Positions 49,545 to 63,597 of a DNA stretch of 64,000 bases are shown one piece after another; position 1 is the stretch's first letter, and the number at the start of each line of letters is the position of its first letter. The DNA comes from Botryllus schlosseri. Its lineage: Eukaryota. The notes beneath the pieces were generated by a model. It had not been told where the DNA came from and searched no databases. It saw nothing but the letters and a program-made list of their open reading frames with translations. The stretch is taken from assembly GCA_051294905.1 (NCBI GenBank), contig CM119371.1:6388001-6452000 (forward strand), read 5' to 3'. A program made the position numbers and the translations under genes.

Positions 49545-52500
49545 TACTAGAACTACTCGCTTTTCATATCAGCGACTAAAACTAGAACTACTCAAAAAAA
49601 GTACTCAGTTGGTCATAAAGTAGCTCGATTATTAGTTTGTACAAGTTCGTAAACTTGTGTATCTGAATGTGAAATTTGTATTGACAGCTGGAGAGCCTAT
49701 CCCTGAATAATATGGATGTGAAGATTGGAGAGTTCGCTCAAGCTGCCAAGGTCGACTTTGACAGCCACACAAAGAATACTTTTTGCAGCACACATAAGTA
49801 AGTATATTGCCCCGGAAGTTGTCGGCAAATATAGACACACTTTCAAAGTGAACACCTGGTCACTGAGTTGTGTTTTGTGTATATCAGCCAACATTGATAA
49901 GGGATTTTTATAAAAGGAGGCTGCAAGGGTATTAGGTGTAGGGCTTGGCGGAATCAAGTGGCGGGCAGATTCTATCCTGATCGAGGTATTAAACTTCGAT
50001 ATGTCATTACCAGTAATGCTTTGCCTTTATACCACATGGTTCTTACGCTACGATACCACTAATCAAGGTTTACAGCTTTCCTAAGTGGAAAATAATATCA
50101 AAGCGATAATTCTCGTTAATAATTTAACTCTTGGTGAGAAATTTTAAGTGTTTTGACTCAACTCCAGTGACTTCATCTGACCCAAGTCTCCTTGAACTAT
50201 TGAGAGCCTTACCTTGACTCAAGTCACAATAAAAAATGAGTGACTTTCTCCGACCTCTAGACCTCCTACTGTTGACATGGCCTGGAAAAATCGAATAACT
50301 TGACTCGATTCAAAATATGCAGTGACTCGATATGACTTGTAACTCGAACATAGTGACTCGTTTCCAACACTGACCCACCGTGATTTTTTACAGAATGTTG
50401 TCCATTGATCATCAGAACGACCCAGCATAAAGCAAGCACCGTCCAGTGTGCTCTTCCAAGGCTCCATTCCAAAAGAACTACAGACAACCTGCTTGGCTAT
50501 CACAACCAGATATCGGAAACTCAACTGGATCCAACTTTCATTGGTGAGATTTTCACGTTTGTATAATATGGTTACGACTGGTCAAAATCGAGAACCTAAG
50601 TGGAGCGATTCTGGATCGAGTATTAGACTTTGAGTCAAGTATGCGAGTACCATCAATAATGACATCATAACGGGAAGAAAGAAGTGGAAACTTGAACTAT
50701 GATACGATGTAAATTCTCACTGAAGTAAAGTTAAAAGTAGTGATTTCCTAGTAGGTAAAGTATTCATCATCCCAGGCCTAGTTTCGGCTTGGAAACTCGA
50801 AAAAGTGATGTAGAAGCAGAAATCGTCTACAATCATAACCGCTTGTTTAATTAGTGCCAGTAGACGAAACCTACACGAGTACTTTTTACAAAGCAAAAGT
50901 ACTTTTTTACTGACCCTCTCTGGTTAAGAGGGAGACACACAACTATTTTATCAATCCCAGTTGTCCGTTTCAATCGAGCAGTGTCAGATAAATGAGTCGA
51001 ACATGACTTGAACTCGAAACTGAACAGTGGTAATAAACGGAATGACTCGGGGTCGAACTTGAGTATAGACACTATGACTCGGACTTGACCATTTGCACGT
51101 TGACTCAGTCTTGACTTGTTTGGGAATTGAATATGATTCGAGTAGAAACCATAGGAGTAAGATTGACTCGTAACTCAGAATCTTGTGACTTGGTTACAAT
51201 CCTGACCGATTCCGATAAAACCGATAACAAGTATCTTCACCAATGAAGCGGCTATATTCAGTCGATATTCATTAGATATGGCATCTAGCATAATGTGCAT
51301 TTTCAAAAATTCAGAACATTGATTTGAACGGCTTTACAGCCACTGTTAAGTTTTTGCATGAAATAAACTAGTAAAGCTGCACCCATACACTTGTATGCAG
51401 GGATGTTCAGAGTAGAATGGAATTTGTGAGGAAAGACCACGCTGCAACGTTGGCAAGTCAATCAATTGAAACTACTGCGTCATCATTTCTTGACTGGTTC
51501 CAAATAAACCTTTATTAGTTTTTCGGTATTACGCCGGCGATATTTAAAAAAGCAAAACTTTCAGCAAATACTTAAATATGAATTACTGTCATTGTGAAAA
51601 GTACTATTAGAAGCCTAATTCAAGTTATGCACTGTAACTTAGTAGTGGTGTATTGGTAGAAAATACTTTGCAACTTTGCAAAAGGCTAGTATTACGAACT
51701 ATGTTAATTGGGAAGGTTCACCACTCTGCAAAATTTCTTGTCGGATTTTTCCGACCTGCTAGTCCATAGTTGAGAATCACTGATTTAGAATTGTCCAATA
51801 AATAGTATTGTTTTTCTTATTCTAGCCACACAATTATCTTTTATATTTATTCTCAGTCGCTGATGGAACTTAGTAAAGAAGACGCGTCGTCCCGGAACCA
51901 GAAACTCGTTAATACATGCAACAGATTGTGCTGGATGTCATTCATCATAACGACTGTAAGATCATTCACAGAGATATCAAGGTAACATTTTAGGGGTGGA
52001 AGCAGACTCGTACACGCTACTGGAGTTTCAAAATGCGCAACTACAACTAGAATTACTGACTCTTCGAAATTACGACTAGAACTACAGCGAATCACTTTTC
52101 AAAACTCGCAACTAGAACTAGAACTACTTACTCTGTACAACTCGTAGCTAATCCTGGAAATGTGAAACGACCCCAAAATCTCACCCCTGACTACGTCCAT
52201 TTTTGTATTGATGACTCTGAGAACATCAAACAACAGAACACAGGTATTAAGATTCATGGCAAACGACGACACTCGTTTTCTAGTTAGGCGGCAACTAATT
52301 GTATTGGAAATGCATACCCAGAACTAGTACTATTCACTTTTCCAATCCGCAACTACAACTAAAACTAGAACAAAAAGAATGACTTAGGTGGCCATCAAAT
52401 AACTACATTATTAGTTGGTACAATTTTGTATTGGCCTACTTGTGATAATGAATGTGAAAGTTGTATTGACAGCTGAAGAATCTATATTACCAGTTCTACG

Positions 52501-55369
52501 TCACATTAAAAAGATAATTATGTATTTTTTGACCATACCTATCCACTTGCAGTAGGTGACATTGACAATGCTTCGGGCTGACCATGGCTTCACGGAAATG
52601 CCATTTCCACTGACGTGTAGCTTTCTACTACATGCTTTGTATGCTGCGATATCAACAATTGTAGTTTCCAACATTACGCAAGGGAAAATACTATCGCAAC
52701 CATGTTTCTTTGATAAATTAACTAGAATCATTGTACCCAGCGCCACTGATAACTACTGCCATCAGAGTTATCTGAGCAAAACATCCCAGTTGATAACTTG
52801 GTGCATGTTTTTTTATTTGTAGGTAGGAATTGTTGCTGGGTAAACTACCGTTCGAAGTCCAGACGTTGCTGGAAACATTCTCCGGAAAGGAGAAGAACGA
52901 ATACGATATTCCACATAATTATTACCACCAACTTGTGATCTTATCAAAAGGTGTGTTATATCTGCGAATTGGATTTGATATTTTGCTTTTTCTCTCATGT
53001 GTACCGTAGCGATGCGATAACTCGAATCTACTTTTTCAAGTGACTTGACTTGAGTCGGAGTGTATAATAACTCGATACGACTTGTAACTGGAAGCCAGTG
53101 ACTTGATTTGCTCGAGTAAGCTACAGAAATCGAGTCTTTATAGATTGAGCGACTCGACTTGATTCGAGTAACCTTAAAAATCTAAAGACTTGACTCACCT
53201 ATCGTACAAAAATTGAGTGACTTTACTTTACTCGAGTCTCCTATGAAAATCGGGTGACCTTGATTGACACGAGTCGATATCAGAATGTGTCAACTAGACA
53301 AATTGACTTACTTGACTCGATTGCCCTTCAAATATTGATTTTTTGCAGGACTCCATTCCTCAACCACCGCCGACCACCTGCTTGCATATTACAACCATAT
53401 ATTCACAACACTTCAACTCAGAACCACTTTCAACGGTGAGATTTTTACAATTCAAAGACGAAGTTGCGTGTAGACTGGACAACTAGATAATTTGCAGTTT
53501 TTCAAGTTAGATTACAATTGGAATTAGAAACACAGTTTCTTCGAAATTCAATTAGAATTAATTTTACAGTACGGAATATGCGAAAATTGGAATTTGAATT
53601 TAAATTCACATGAAATCATGGTTCATTCTAATAAGCATGAGAATGGCAAATGTCTGTACAGCAAGCTTGACTCGTTTCTCACTGTACAGTTTTTCTGTAT
53701 CAATTTCAGGAAAACTAGAAATTGAATTAGGATTAAAATGAGATAGAAACATTTCACAAATTTCATTTCACTCCAATCAGTGTAATTGGATATTTATCAT
53801 TATGCACTTGTCCCAGTCTGATTGCAGGGACAACCTTGCTAATCAGTGGGGCTGGACAAAACCAAGCGCCTGACTGGTTCAAGAATTCACAACAGTGTAA
53901 AAGATGTGCAAAGTTCAAATATGTACCTTTTTGCGACCACAAACAATATTACGCGGTTCCACGTCACATTGAAGATTGTTTTCTATTTTTTCGACTTTAC
54001 CTATTTCATTGCACTTTAGGGAAATAGATGACCATTGTTGGGATTGATAACCATTTGACTAAAATCTGTATTTGGTGCATATGTATAGCCTTATGCAACA
54101 TTTTATTCCGATGCTGTGATGCGGCAGAGGTTTTGTGGACTCCGAAAGTATAAGTAAATTAGGCTATTGACACTATGATTTTGCTCTGCATTTATGTATC
54201 TTAGTGTGACGTGAAAGGCGTTCAATACTTAACTCAAAGTGATATGATCTCAATACTCAAATCATTACAGTTGGTAATAGAGTTGAATTCAAGTTGTGTG
54301 ATGATTTCGTCCGACCCGACTATTTGGCGCTATCCTTCAAGCCTGTAGTTTTATCTTGCGGCACCCAGTGTTACTTCGTAAAGCATTGTAATTTGCAGAC
54401 ATGTATGTAGCTTGAGACAATCTTAAAGTCATTTGTACTCGAAACTGTTGCTCCGTAATTCCTGGATCGGTTTTAAATCAACCCCCCTTGGGTTGATGCA
54501 TCAGCAAGACCTGGACCAATAGGTCATTTTATAACTAATTACAAATTATTCAATTCATGAAATTTGTCTATGCTTTCATTTCAATTGTGATTTCTAATTT
54601 TCCTGAAAATGATAAAGGAGAATTGTATGGTGCGAAATCCTGTTGTACACTGTACAGACATTTGGTAATCTCATGCCAACCTGATTTTATATGACATCAA
54701 GTGAAATTTATTAAATTTCCAAGTTTGCCTGAATTTAATAATTCTAATATAATTTGTAAGAAAACTGTAGTCATAATTCTAATTTTAGTTCAACTTGAAA
54801 AAGATTCCTAAATTGTACAAGCTGAAAATGTTCCAGTTTTCTATCGCCAGTGATATTTCCACTCTCGTTATCAAAAACATAGTGTTGTTATCGAGACGAG
54901 ATGATGTATGATGCAGGTCCTGATAACACAGATACACTGAATACCATTAAGTGACAAGCTAAAGCCAACCATCATCAGCAGTAATCAATCACCAGACAGG
55001 CGGCATAATTGAATATACTACTCGGGAAATTGAGCAATACCAAAAGTCTGCTATAAATATGGTGAGTTCCGATATAATCACTAATTGTTTTGATTTTGAG
55101 TAGATTTCTACAAGTCAGAGATTCGGTTTTTTAAAATAGACATTGGCTAATGACTCGAATCCATTCTAGAGTGTTGCGACAACTCTGAAGCAGACTTGGA
55201 CAATGATAAAATTTTCAGATTATTCGAATTAGAATAGAATTACAATTGAATCTACACAGTTTTTGTCATGTTTGACTAGAATTAGAATTATAGCTGCACA
55301 GTTTTTCCAAATTGGATTATGAGTAGAATCAAAGCTTCACATGGTTTCTCCAAGTTGGACTCTACAATT

Positions 55370-56284
55370 CAGTGTTGGGATGACTCGAGTCACCTTCTTC
55401 GCATGACTTGACTTGACTCAAGTCACTTTGCTGAAATGACTTGACTTGACTCGGCGTATCAGAAATGTGGAATGACTCGTGACTCTGACCAAAATTCACG
55501 AATCAATTTCAAGTCATCAAGTAATCGGTGTGGATAAAAATCACTGTATCTTGCATATATTCGGATTGTTCGCGAAACGCTGGTGTAACCCGTGAGAACG
55601 AATAATCATTCAAATATTATGCATTTCACTGAGTCTCGATTGTTCTCTCACAAATAAATTGACCGCAAACGCAGTGATCGATGCTTACAGCTTACATTGT
55701 CTTAACTTGACGTGCAGTAAAGTAATATAATAGCGAAATGTCTATTTCTGTTCTCTGTTCTTACCTTAACCAAACCTCTTGTCTTTTTGAAATCGAATAT
55801 GGTGAATATAGTTATCAACCATTCGCACAGGCTCGAATTGTATCATCAATTGGTAAATGGGTAACGTGTTGTATCTTATCAATTCGTTTGTCTATTCTCT
55901 ATTTTGGCTGGTAACTTTAAACTGAGGCTATGCCAATACGAGGTTCACCAGTTCTACACATATGTGAGCGATACAGTGTCTTCTTGCGAGTATATTCAAC
56001 TCTATATTCGTTCAACTGTTAGGAATTAATGGCCGCTCAATCTGTATTTCAGACATCTAGCTAATTGCAATGACGTAATCATGCATCATACTTCGAAAAG
56101 GCAACTTGACTTGAAATGTGACTTGACTTGACTCGACTTGACTCGAGTCACCTCTAAAAATCGAGTGACTTGACTTGACTCGAGTAACCTTTGAAAATCG
56201 AATGACTTGACTTGACTCGAGTCAAAATGTGCAATGACTCGAAATGACTCGTGACTCGAAGGTAGTGACTTGATCCCAACACTG
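55370..56284. mobile_element. hAT MITE with GACTTGACTCGAG subterminal repeats
   Basis: TIR CAGTGTTGGGAT...ATCCCAACACTG. Perfect 8-bp TSD CTACAATT at 55362-55369 and 56285-56292. Older relatives lie near 24870-25330, 27140-27680, 50150-50370 and 53010-53320. Confidence 0.92.
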
Positions 56285-59200
56285 CTACAATTGGGATAGC
56301 TACAAAGTTTATTCCAAATTAGTTACAATTGGAATTATAGCTGCATATTTCAAAAAAATTGGGATTATCGCTAGTATTACAGCAGCACAATTTTTCCAAA
56401 TATAGATTAACATTAAAATTACTGAGTTTGCAAAAACTAGGACATATCACGAAGTTTAATATCGACCTAATCAGGGTTCATACTCGTAGGCATGAGAATG
56501 ACAAATGTCTGAACACCGAGCTCGGCGCGTTTCATGCGGTACAGTTCTCATGTAGCATTTTCAGGAACAACAGAAATTAGATAAGAATTGGAATGATGCC
56601 ATAAAACATTCCACAAATTAGAATAAAATTATTTGGCTGTCCAAGTCCGCTCTAAAGAACATCAGAAATTTCGTGTTGAAATCTGATTTGTAAAATGACA
56701 TCGACACTAATCTGGCCAATATCGCGAAATTCAAATCTGTGCTAATCTTAACATCTTGAGTAATTCTGAATTCCATATGCACATCGTGTTAAGCAGATAT
56801 CATAGATACAGATTAGGACTCTTGCCGGTATATGACGTTAGTATAAATATTGTTGCCAGTTGGTCTATGTAACATTTCTGTATTTGAAAACTCTATTTAA
56901 TTTGACAGATGAGGCAGAAGATCCAGCCACGGTGTCGATGCATTGGATTAGCAAATAGGTGGATTTAACGGATAAAGCGGGGTTGGGTATGGGAATCTTT
57001 GTGTCTTGTACAAACTACCGGATTCTCAAAATTTGCAACGACAACTGAAATTACTCAATTTTCAAATTCCACAACTAGAACTAGCACTGCTCACTTTTCA
57101 CTATGCGTAACTTAACTGAAACTACCGTAATTTGTCATGTATAATACGCCCACATGTATGATACGCATTATAAAAATGACAGGTAGATTATGGGGGGAAA
57201 AGCCAACACCCTGCATTTGCATCACATGTAGAGTACATGCGTAAATGCTGATTATAAAAGATTCTCGTATTGATAAACTTGCGCGTATGAAAACTAAGCA
57301 GCGATGGGTATGTTTTATCATAGTGTCCTATATGGTGTAGAAACAAGAAAATCTCACGGCCCAGTGAAATTGATCTACGTCACTATTTCCATTCGGCCAT
57401 AATTGATGTGTGGCCGGCTTGCCGAGCATTAAACTTGATAAAACGGGTATCAATCGAAAGCTACGACGGTACCGATTGCGAAAATATAAATTTTAATCTG
57501 CTCGTGGTCCCGGAACCCCCAAAATCAGCATCGAATGTTGCATTGTAATGGCATTAGGTATTGTGACGCAACCATGGCGTCTGAGCAGCTCGGAAGCAAG
57601 TCCGCACAAGAGTAAGTGTGAATGCTCAATCGGTTGCGCAACAATCACCAATATGCTTGCGGTCGCGCTGCTCCTCACCTGCTCCCAGACGGCTCGGTTG
57701 CGTCACTCCTATTTGCAACGGACACTTCTACCTGTATTTGAGTAGAAATGGACGAGTTGATTATACTTGAATAATGCCAAGTAATTTTGACCTGACTTTG
57801 AAATCTCTACTTTTGCTTGTAATTGAGAAGAAAGTGAATATAAATGAACGAAGTTACTTCTGCTGGCAATTGAGTAGAAATGAACTATGTCACTTTTACT
57901 TGAGTAACACCGGTAACTACTTTGACCACCTACTACTTCTGATCGCAATTTAGATAAATTATGAGGTACCTTCTATTTGACCAGCAACTCTGATTACTTT
58001 GATCACTTGTGCGAAAGATTTAATATATTTTTTAAACATGCAGGACAGCAGGAACTCACCAAAGTGATTCTGTGTCCTCTGATGGAAGCCGTGACTTACA
58101 TCGACCAGCAGCGAAAATTCCTAATCCCAACCTACAACAATATGGATGCAATCAAAGTGTGGCTGCTGGATTGCGATACAAAGATTGTATGTTGTAAACA
58201 CTCGTGTTTGAAGATGAAGACTATACGCGTGATACAACGAGCAATGCATTTGTATCTATTTTCTACAAATTAAATCATCCTAGCTTTTCAATTCACTCTT
58301 TTTGAGCTTAGAGTCTATAAATGAATGCATGATAGGAATGTATTGTTCGTTGCCAACTCTGTATCACGTGGAGCTGATGCAGACTATTTGAATTTGTGTA
58401 AAATGTCTTCGGGTGGTTGTGTCTGTTTGGCAGGAAAGCCGTTCTCTTGTGAATCGAGCTAATAGTATTTATCGAAATAGATCATGTGTCGAATTGAATT
58501 TGTACAACAAACATAGTGTTTGGTTTGACAGTTCCGAGGCGTGATGATTGCAGAGCGATAAAAAGTGGTCCGATCTTGCTACTCGATTTGAAGTAGAAGT
58601 GACGAGATAAATCTCCACCGAGTTGCGAGTGGAGCTAGCGATTTTGAAGACAACTCACAGACCTGAAAAGTAGTCCAGTTAATTCTGTGGTTTCGGAAAG
58701 TTGATTTGATGGAGGTACCCAGTAGTCTACTAATGAGCAGTTATGTGCAGTTTCTATTTTCGGGAAAACGCAAAATGACGAATAGTTGCAACTTTTGGGA
58801 GATATTCTGTTACCGTGATGCAGGTGTTTCGTCCAGTTCTTATGACAATTTTAGAACCCACTGGGTTATAACTATGCGATAAGTAACGTGATGTAATATT
58901 GTTCAATAACAGATAGAAGAGAAAGAGCACGAGCTCCTGCACCGGCCAAGGAATAGCACTTTGCATGGCCGGCCACGCAATATCTGTGGCCAGTAAGTGG
59001 CCACGGGAATGCTGAAAGTCCGTCTCTCCTTTTTATAGCTAGAGCTAGCCCAATTTCGGGATTTTGATCCAAAACTGATACCGAGCACCTTCACTGATAA
59101 CTTCGTTATTCTTCTAGATTAGGTCATATTTCTAAAACAACAGCTTCCAGTCAATGTTATGCCTGGACATGAAATAAACTAGAAAGGGTACATATGGATA

Positions 59201-59408
59201 CCTGTAAGATATAAGAAGCCTATCAATATTTCCAGTGTAGCAGTAGCATCGTTTTCAGTGACCACGTTGTGTCCATGCAGATATTGTCGATATTTTTCGC
59301 CTCTCATGGCTGATGCTGGTATATCTTTCGAAATGTGATATCGATACGATGGCAGACGTATCACGGGCACGGCAGTAAATGCGAGCATTAATTTGGCGTT
59401 CATTCCAG

Positions 59409-59554
59409 GCACTTGTGAATAAGCATCAGAAAGTCAAAATGCGTCAGAGACCAGTCTTCATCGCGGTTTGAGTCACAAACAAGTCATTTGATTTCATGAA
59501 TTTTTCAAAGGCAGGAAGTTTGTCTATATCGCTCTAGAGTTGAGCAAAAGAAGG
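59409..59554 (+). pseudogene. plk1: Further Plk1 kinase pseudo-exon, the start of another tandem copy
   Basis: ccag|gcacttgtgaataagcatcagaaag...gagttgagcaaaagaagg|gtaaaa, paralogous to 24474-24622; contains a stop and a frameshift. Confidence 0.8.
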
Positions 59555-59989
59555 GTAAAAGCAATTTTTTTAACAACTGTAATGTCTCACAAAGTGTGGT
59601 GTTGAAAATGGCATAAGCTCTGCCATGTTCATTACCAGCAGAATTCGACAACTAGATAATTCTTGTGGTCTTATTAGACTAATTATAGCAGAATGCCAGT
59701 AATTTAATTCGAACCAATTTGTGAAATGTCATTTGCTCTCATTTTAATTATAATCCCATTCCTGCTGTCCCTGAATATATTAAAGGAGAATTGTACCGTG
59801 AAAAACTAACCAAGCTTGTTGTGCAGACATTTGCTATTCTCGTTCATATAAGAATGAACTCAGATATGATATGCACTGTACTAGATTTTTGCTCTATCTC
59901 TTTAGCGAATCGAGTAATCCTAATTTTAATATAATTTTGAAAAACTATCATTTCAATTTAGTTAGGAAAAAAACTACATCGTACATGTA

Positions 59990-60956
59990 GGGGAGATGTG
60001 GTACCGATGGATCACTGGGACCGAAAATACTTGAGAAATTCTCCATGATAATTCGATCATCACACTCCGGGAATTTGTCTTCAATTACATGCTGACAGAA
60101 TCTTTCCTCACATGCACAAAAATTCGACCTGCGTGATTTATGGGGTCTGTGACGAATGATTTACGTTTTAGGGGGTGTAAAGTAAATTCGGATCGACATT
60201 TGCATTTTTCTATATCACCTTTCAGACTAACAAACCCGCCATAATTTTTGATGTGAAGTATAGGGTTTGTATCAGGGTATATAATGGCACATATTTTTTG
60301 AATCAATACCATCGTCGAGTGGACTATTTTCAATTCAATTACAATATTTATGGGGAGGGGGACCTATGCCACCATAGCCAAATAAAGCAAAATAGATGGA
60401 ACAACTAATCGATTAACAAACAGAAACTCTCCTACATATATATATAGGCTGTAAATCATATAGTTACCTGTGGTGTTTTGTCGCTATTACGAGGTATTTG
60501 AAAGTCAAAATGTCGATTTGCGGGTAATATGTATGTGGAATTAATTTTGTAAGTTCGGGCGTAAATCAAAACATGATTTATGCCAACATTTGAGTTGATA
60601 TAATCTATTTTATTCTTGAAGGTCGTGACGAAACATTCTTCATTCGCTTGCTGTAGCTTAGCTTATGGTACACAACAAAACAAGTTAACAAATTTGAGTT
60701 TTTGAGCGTATGTCTTATAGGTCCCATGGTCGTGTGCCTTTGGACCCACCGGGTGGGGACCGATGACACGCTCGAGCAACAAATTTTAAACGTTTATAAA
60801 TATTTTTGGAAACGGCGGATATTCATGCAAATGTCCGCGATAGGTAGAGCTTGTATCGAAGTGTTGAGACAGCAAAAGATCTGCTATTCTCGGCTGAAGA
60901 TTTGAGGGCCAGAGATCATTTTGCAATTTTTGATCCATCGGTACCACATCTCCCCC
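59990..60956. mobile_element. TA-flanked MITE (Tc1/mariner/pogo-type target site)
   Basis: TIR GGGGAGATGTGGTACCGATGGATCA...TGATCCATCGGTACCACATCTCCCC, flanked by TA on both sides. No coding capacity. Confidence 0.8.
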
Positions 60957-62427
60957 TAGTCTAGAAAATAAGAACGTTTTTTAATTACAAAGCTTTGACC
61001 ACTAGGACTTGGCACAATGATCCCAGTCGAGTAGCCAGACATAATTTTTTTGAGTACTGGTATGATACGATCCTTGCTGACGATAAAGGATTAACAATAA
61101 ACTGAACACAACTGAACAGAGGTAATTTATTGAGAATTATAGTTTTGATATTATTTCTCAATGCAGAAATCTGTAAACCTTGATTGGCTATATCACAGCA
61201 ATCATTAGTACTACAGTAACACGTGTTCTTCGAATGCTTTAGAGTCGTTAGCAGTAGTTTATGATTTGGAGCAACAATATTGCAGTCATGGCAGGGGTAA
61301 AACGGTGAGAGATTGTACACGTGCCGCAGCGAAGAACAAGATCTAAATCTGAGCATGTACCGGTACTTGGTCGGATATACTTGGCGATTACATCTGTGGC
61401 TCGAGATTACCTACTATACGAGCAGTAATGAGTTACTTTCTGCATCTGAAACAGGGATGTATAGAGTTCTATATATCCCTGATCTGAAAGAGCATTGTCC
61501 TCAGTCATCCCCTACTCGCGAATTATGCAATGTGGAGGTGGATGATGTAATGGAAGTGTGGAAAATAGCTAAAATTGCGAAAATGCAGAAATCACATTTG
61601 GTGCGATCACTTCAAAGCCTGCACGAAAGATGGCGTGATCACATGGTATGCCCACATTAAGAAGAGCTTGAGCAGTACTGACGGAAAACAGCAATTCAAG
61701 ACTCTGACTATTCCTATATGTCTTAAAGAATGAGCAGCAATGAATGTTGATTTCAAGCTACTACTGACCAGAAAAGATTTCTTCACACGGGACAACTACA
61801 GACAATGTGTGACCGGGGCCTACGATATTCACGGCCCTATCTGGTACATTATGCTTGCAAGAGCTAACACGCTGCTGCTCACAAAACGTAAAATCGCGAT
61901 TCTGCGCGATTTCGCTTCTCGCTACCAGACGCATCGCCTCAGATAAGCTGTATGTATATTCGTACAACAGGTCAAATCAGTACCTTACCGTCAGAAAGTG
62001 ACAAGAGAGAGCCTCGTGGATGCAGTTATCCACCGATTGCAGAAGTAGGCTAAGTAGTGAGAATACACCGACATGCTCATTGCTCATGTAAACCATTTTA
62101 TTGCATTGTAAAATCAATTCAAGCACGTGAAGAATAATTGGTACACATGTCATATTAGAAACTACTTGCAATAACCAACTTGTATCAAAAACAAACTTGC
62201 AGAATACAAGCTACGGCCATAAGTACCGGTAATGAGAATAAAATGCATCACCGAAGAATGCAAGCAACGTCTTGCTCAACTGTCGTTGTTTTAAAGTCCG
62301 TTTTTAAAGCATTTTTCTCACAGAGGCATTAACTAGCTTCTGCTTGTTATTGCAATGATTTTGTCGTCAATTTCAAAGCTTGATCTCGATGATCATAACA
62401 TGCAAAGTGCAAAGCCCCCCCCCCCTC

Positions 62428-62459
<32 letters not shown>

Positions 62460-62499
62460 GATGCAAAACTTATTCACTGTGACTTAGGGTGAGGGAAGA

Positions 62500-63597
62500 T
62501 GATTTTATCAGAGCAATCTAGGATAAGAAAAACTGGATGAAACAAACACAGCAAGTGGTTCTGCGGGAGTAAGCAGTCCCCCACGATCGAGTAAGTCGGA
62601 ATAGCATGAACTTGCTTACAATTTACCCAGCAACTACGCACGACACCGTCTCACTGTAAGGAGATAGAAATGATTCGGTAATTTCAATAGCCACTTCTTC
62701 AATAACTTTTTTGAAATGGTAAAAATGACTTGAGCTTGACGTCAATTTTTAGGATGGAACAGAGCTGTTCAGAATTGGTAACTTCTGTTGCCCAACCAGA
62801 AACCTCCCCCCACACATTAATCAGGTTCAAGAATGAAGCCATATCTTCCGTGAGAGGCAAGTAACTTTTGCAAGCTGCAATAGTCGACTCATAGAATGGA
62901 GCAAGAGCTAAGTTGACATTCTGCTTGTTATTGCTTGGATGTAACGAGGCATATATATCACTTTTGGCGCTTTCCGCAAATTCGAATCATTATCATGAGA
63001 TTCCCTGATTTTGTGAAGATCGCTCCATGCAATAAATCCGCCGGGTGATGATGCACCTAAAAAGTTGGCTCGAAAAGTTCTTCCAGTAAATTGTGCTCGG
63101 ATTTGTCTAATAATACATTTTTGAGATATTTCGGGAAGTCCATAAGGTAGAAAATTACATATTGATTACCCTCTTCTGTATACGGTATATAGCTTTCTGG
63201 AGTGTGGGACACGGTCAAATCTTATAAACTCCTCATTTTATCAGACAGCTCAAAATCTTTCTACTGATCATTCTGAAATATCCTTCTCTTCGGTGGTTTT
63301 CTGCAAGGGGTCATAGTAGGGATCAATGAAGGCCGTTGCAGCTCAGGCTCCGATCGGATGATAGGAACTGGTTTTCTATCCAAGAGGAGTTTTTTTTCGA
63401 AAGCCACAGTCTTTATGTATTTTGATTCTTCGAAGTGCAACGCACAAATTACAGAATTCTTCGTTGGCTTCCAATCACGTCCATCCACGAAAGATATCCA
63501 TTTTTGTACCTCCAAATCCTCAAATGGAAATTGAAACTTTTTGTTTAGTTGTCAAATATCCAGCCATACAACCATAAACATAGCATTTATTGACCAT
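62500..63597 (-). pseudogene. Decayed, internally deleted P-element-type transposase of a second family
   Basis: ATG at 63597 gives MVNKCYVYGCMAGY, then after a frameshift FQFPFEDLEVQKWISFV..WKPTKNSVICALHFEE (THAP). Downstream relics: GGRFLVG (~62800), VVAG*IV (~62630), LLDRGGLLTPAEPL (~62570). TIRs were not located. Confidence 0.8.

Larger units (their letters stand above)
44586..58210 (+). pseudogene. plk1: Polo-like kinase 1 pseudo-exon cluster 2 (kinase, linker and polo-box exons)
   Basis: Exons: 44586-44723; 45265-45397; 46459-46582; ~47400-47520; 49688-49876 (YIAPEV..HTFKVNTWSLSCVL); 51857-51981; 52823-52950 (LLLGKLPFE..KNEYDIP); 53349-53435 (SIPQPPPTTCL); 54917-55061; 56909-56986 (EAEDPA..WISK*VDLTDKAGL); 58044-~58210 (TKVILCPLMEAVTYIDQQRKF). 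Most have stops or frameshifts. Confidence 0.88.

Noticed and set aside
61313..61660. 115-aa ORF with a VMEVWKIAKI..LQSLHERW segment reminiscent of some hAT-related transposase N termini
   Set aside because: A single weak motif with a non-ATG start and no TIR or TSD identified; not supportable without a search.
62413..62458. Poly-C plus poly-A run (and poly-T at 17674-17699) as retrotransposon tails
   Set aside because: No adjacent LINE/SINE body or TSD was recognised; treated as simple homopolymers.
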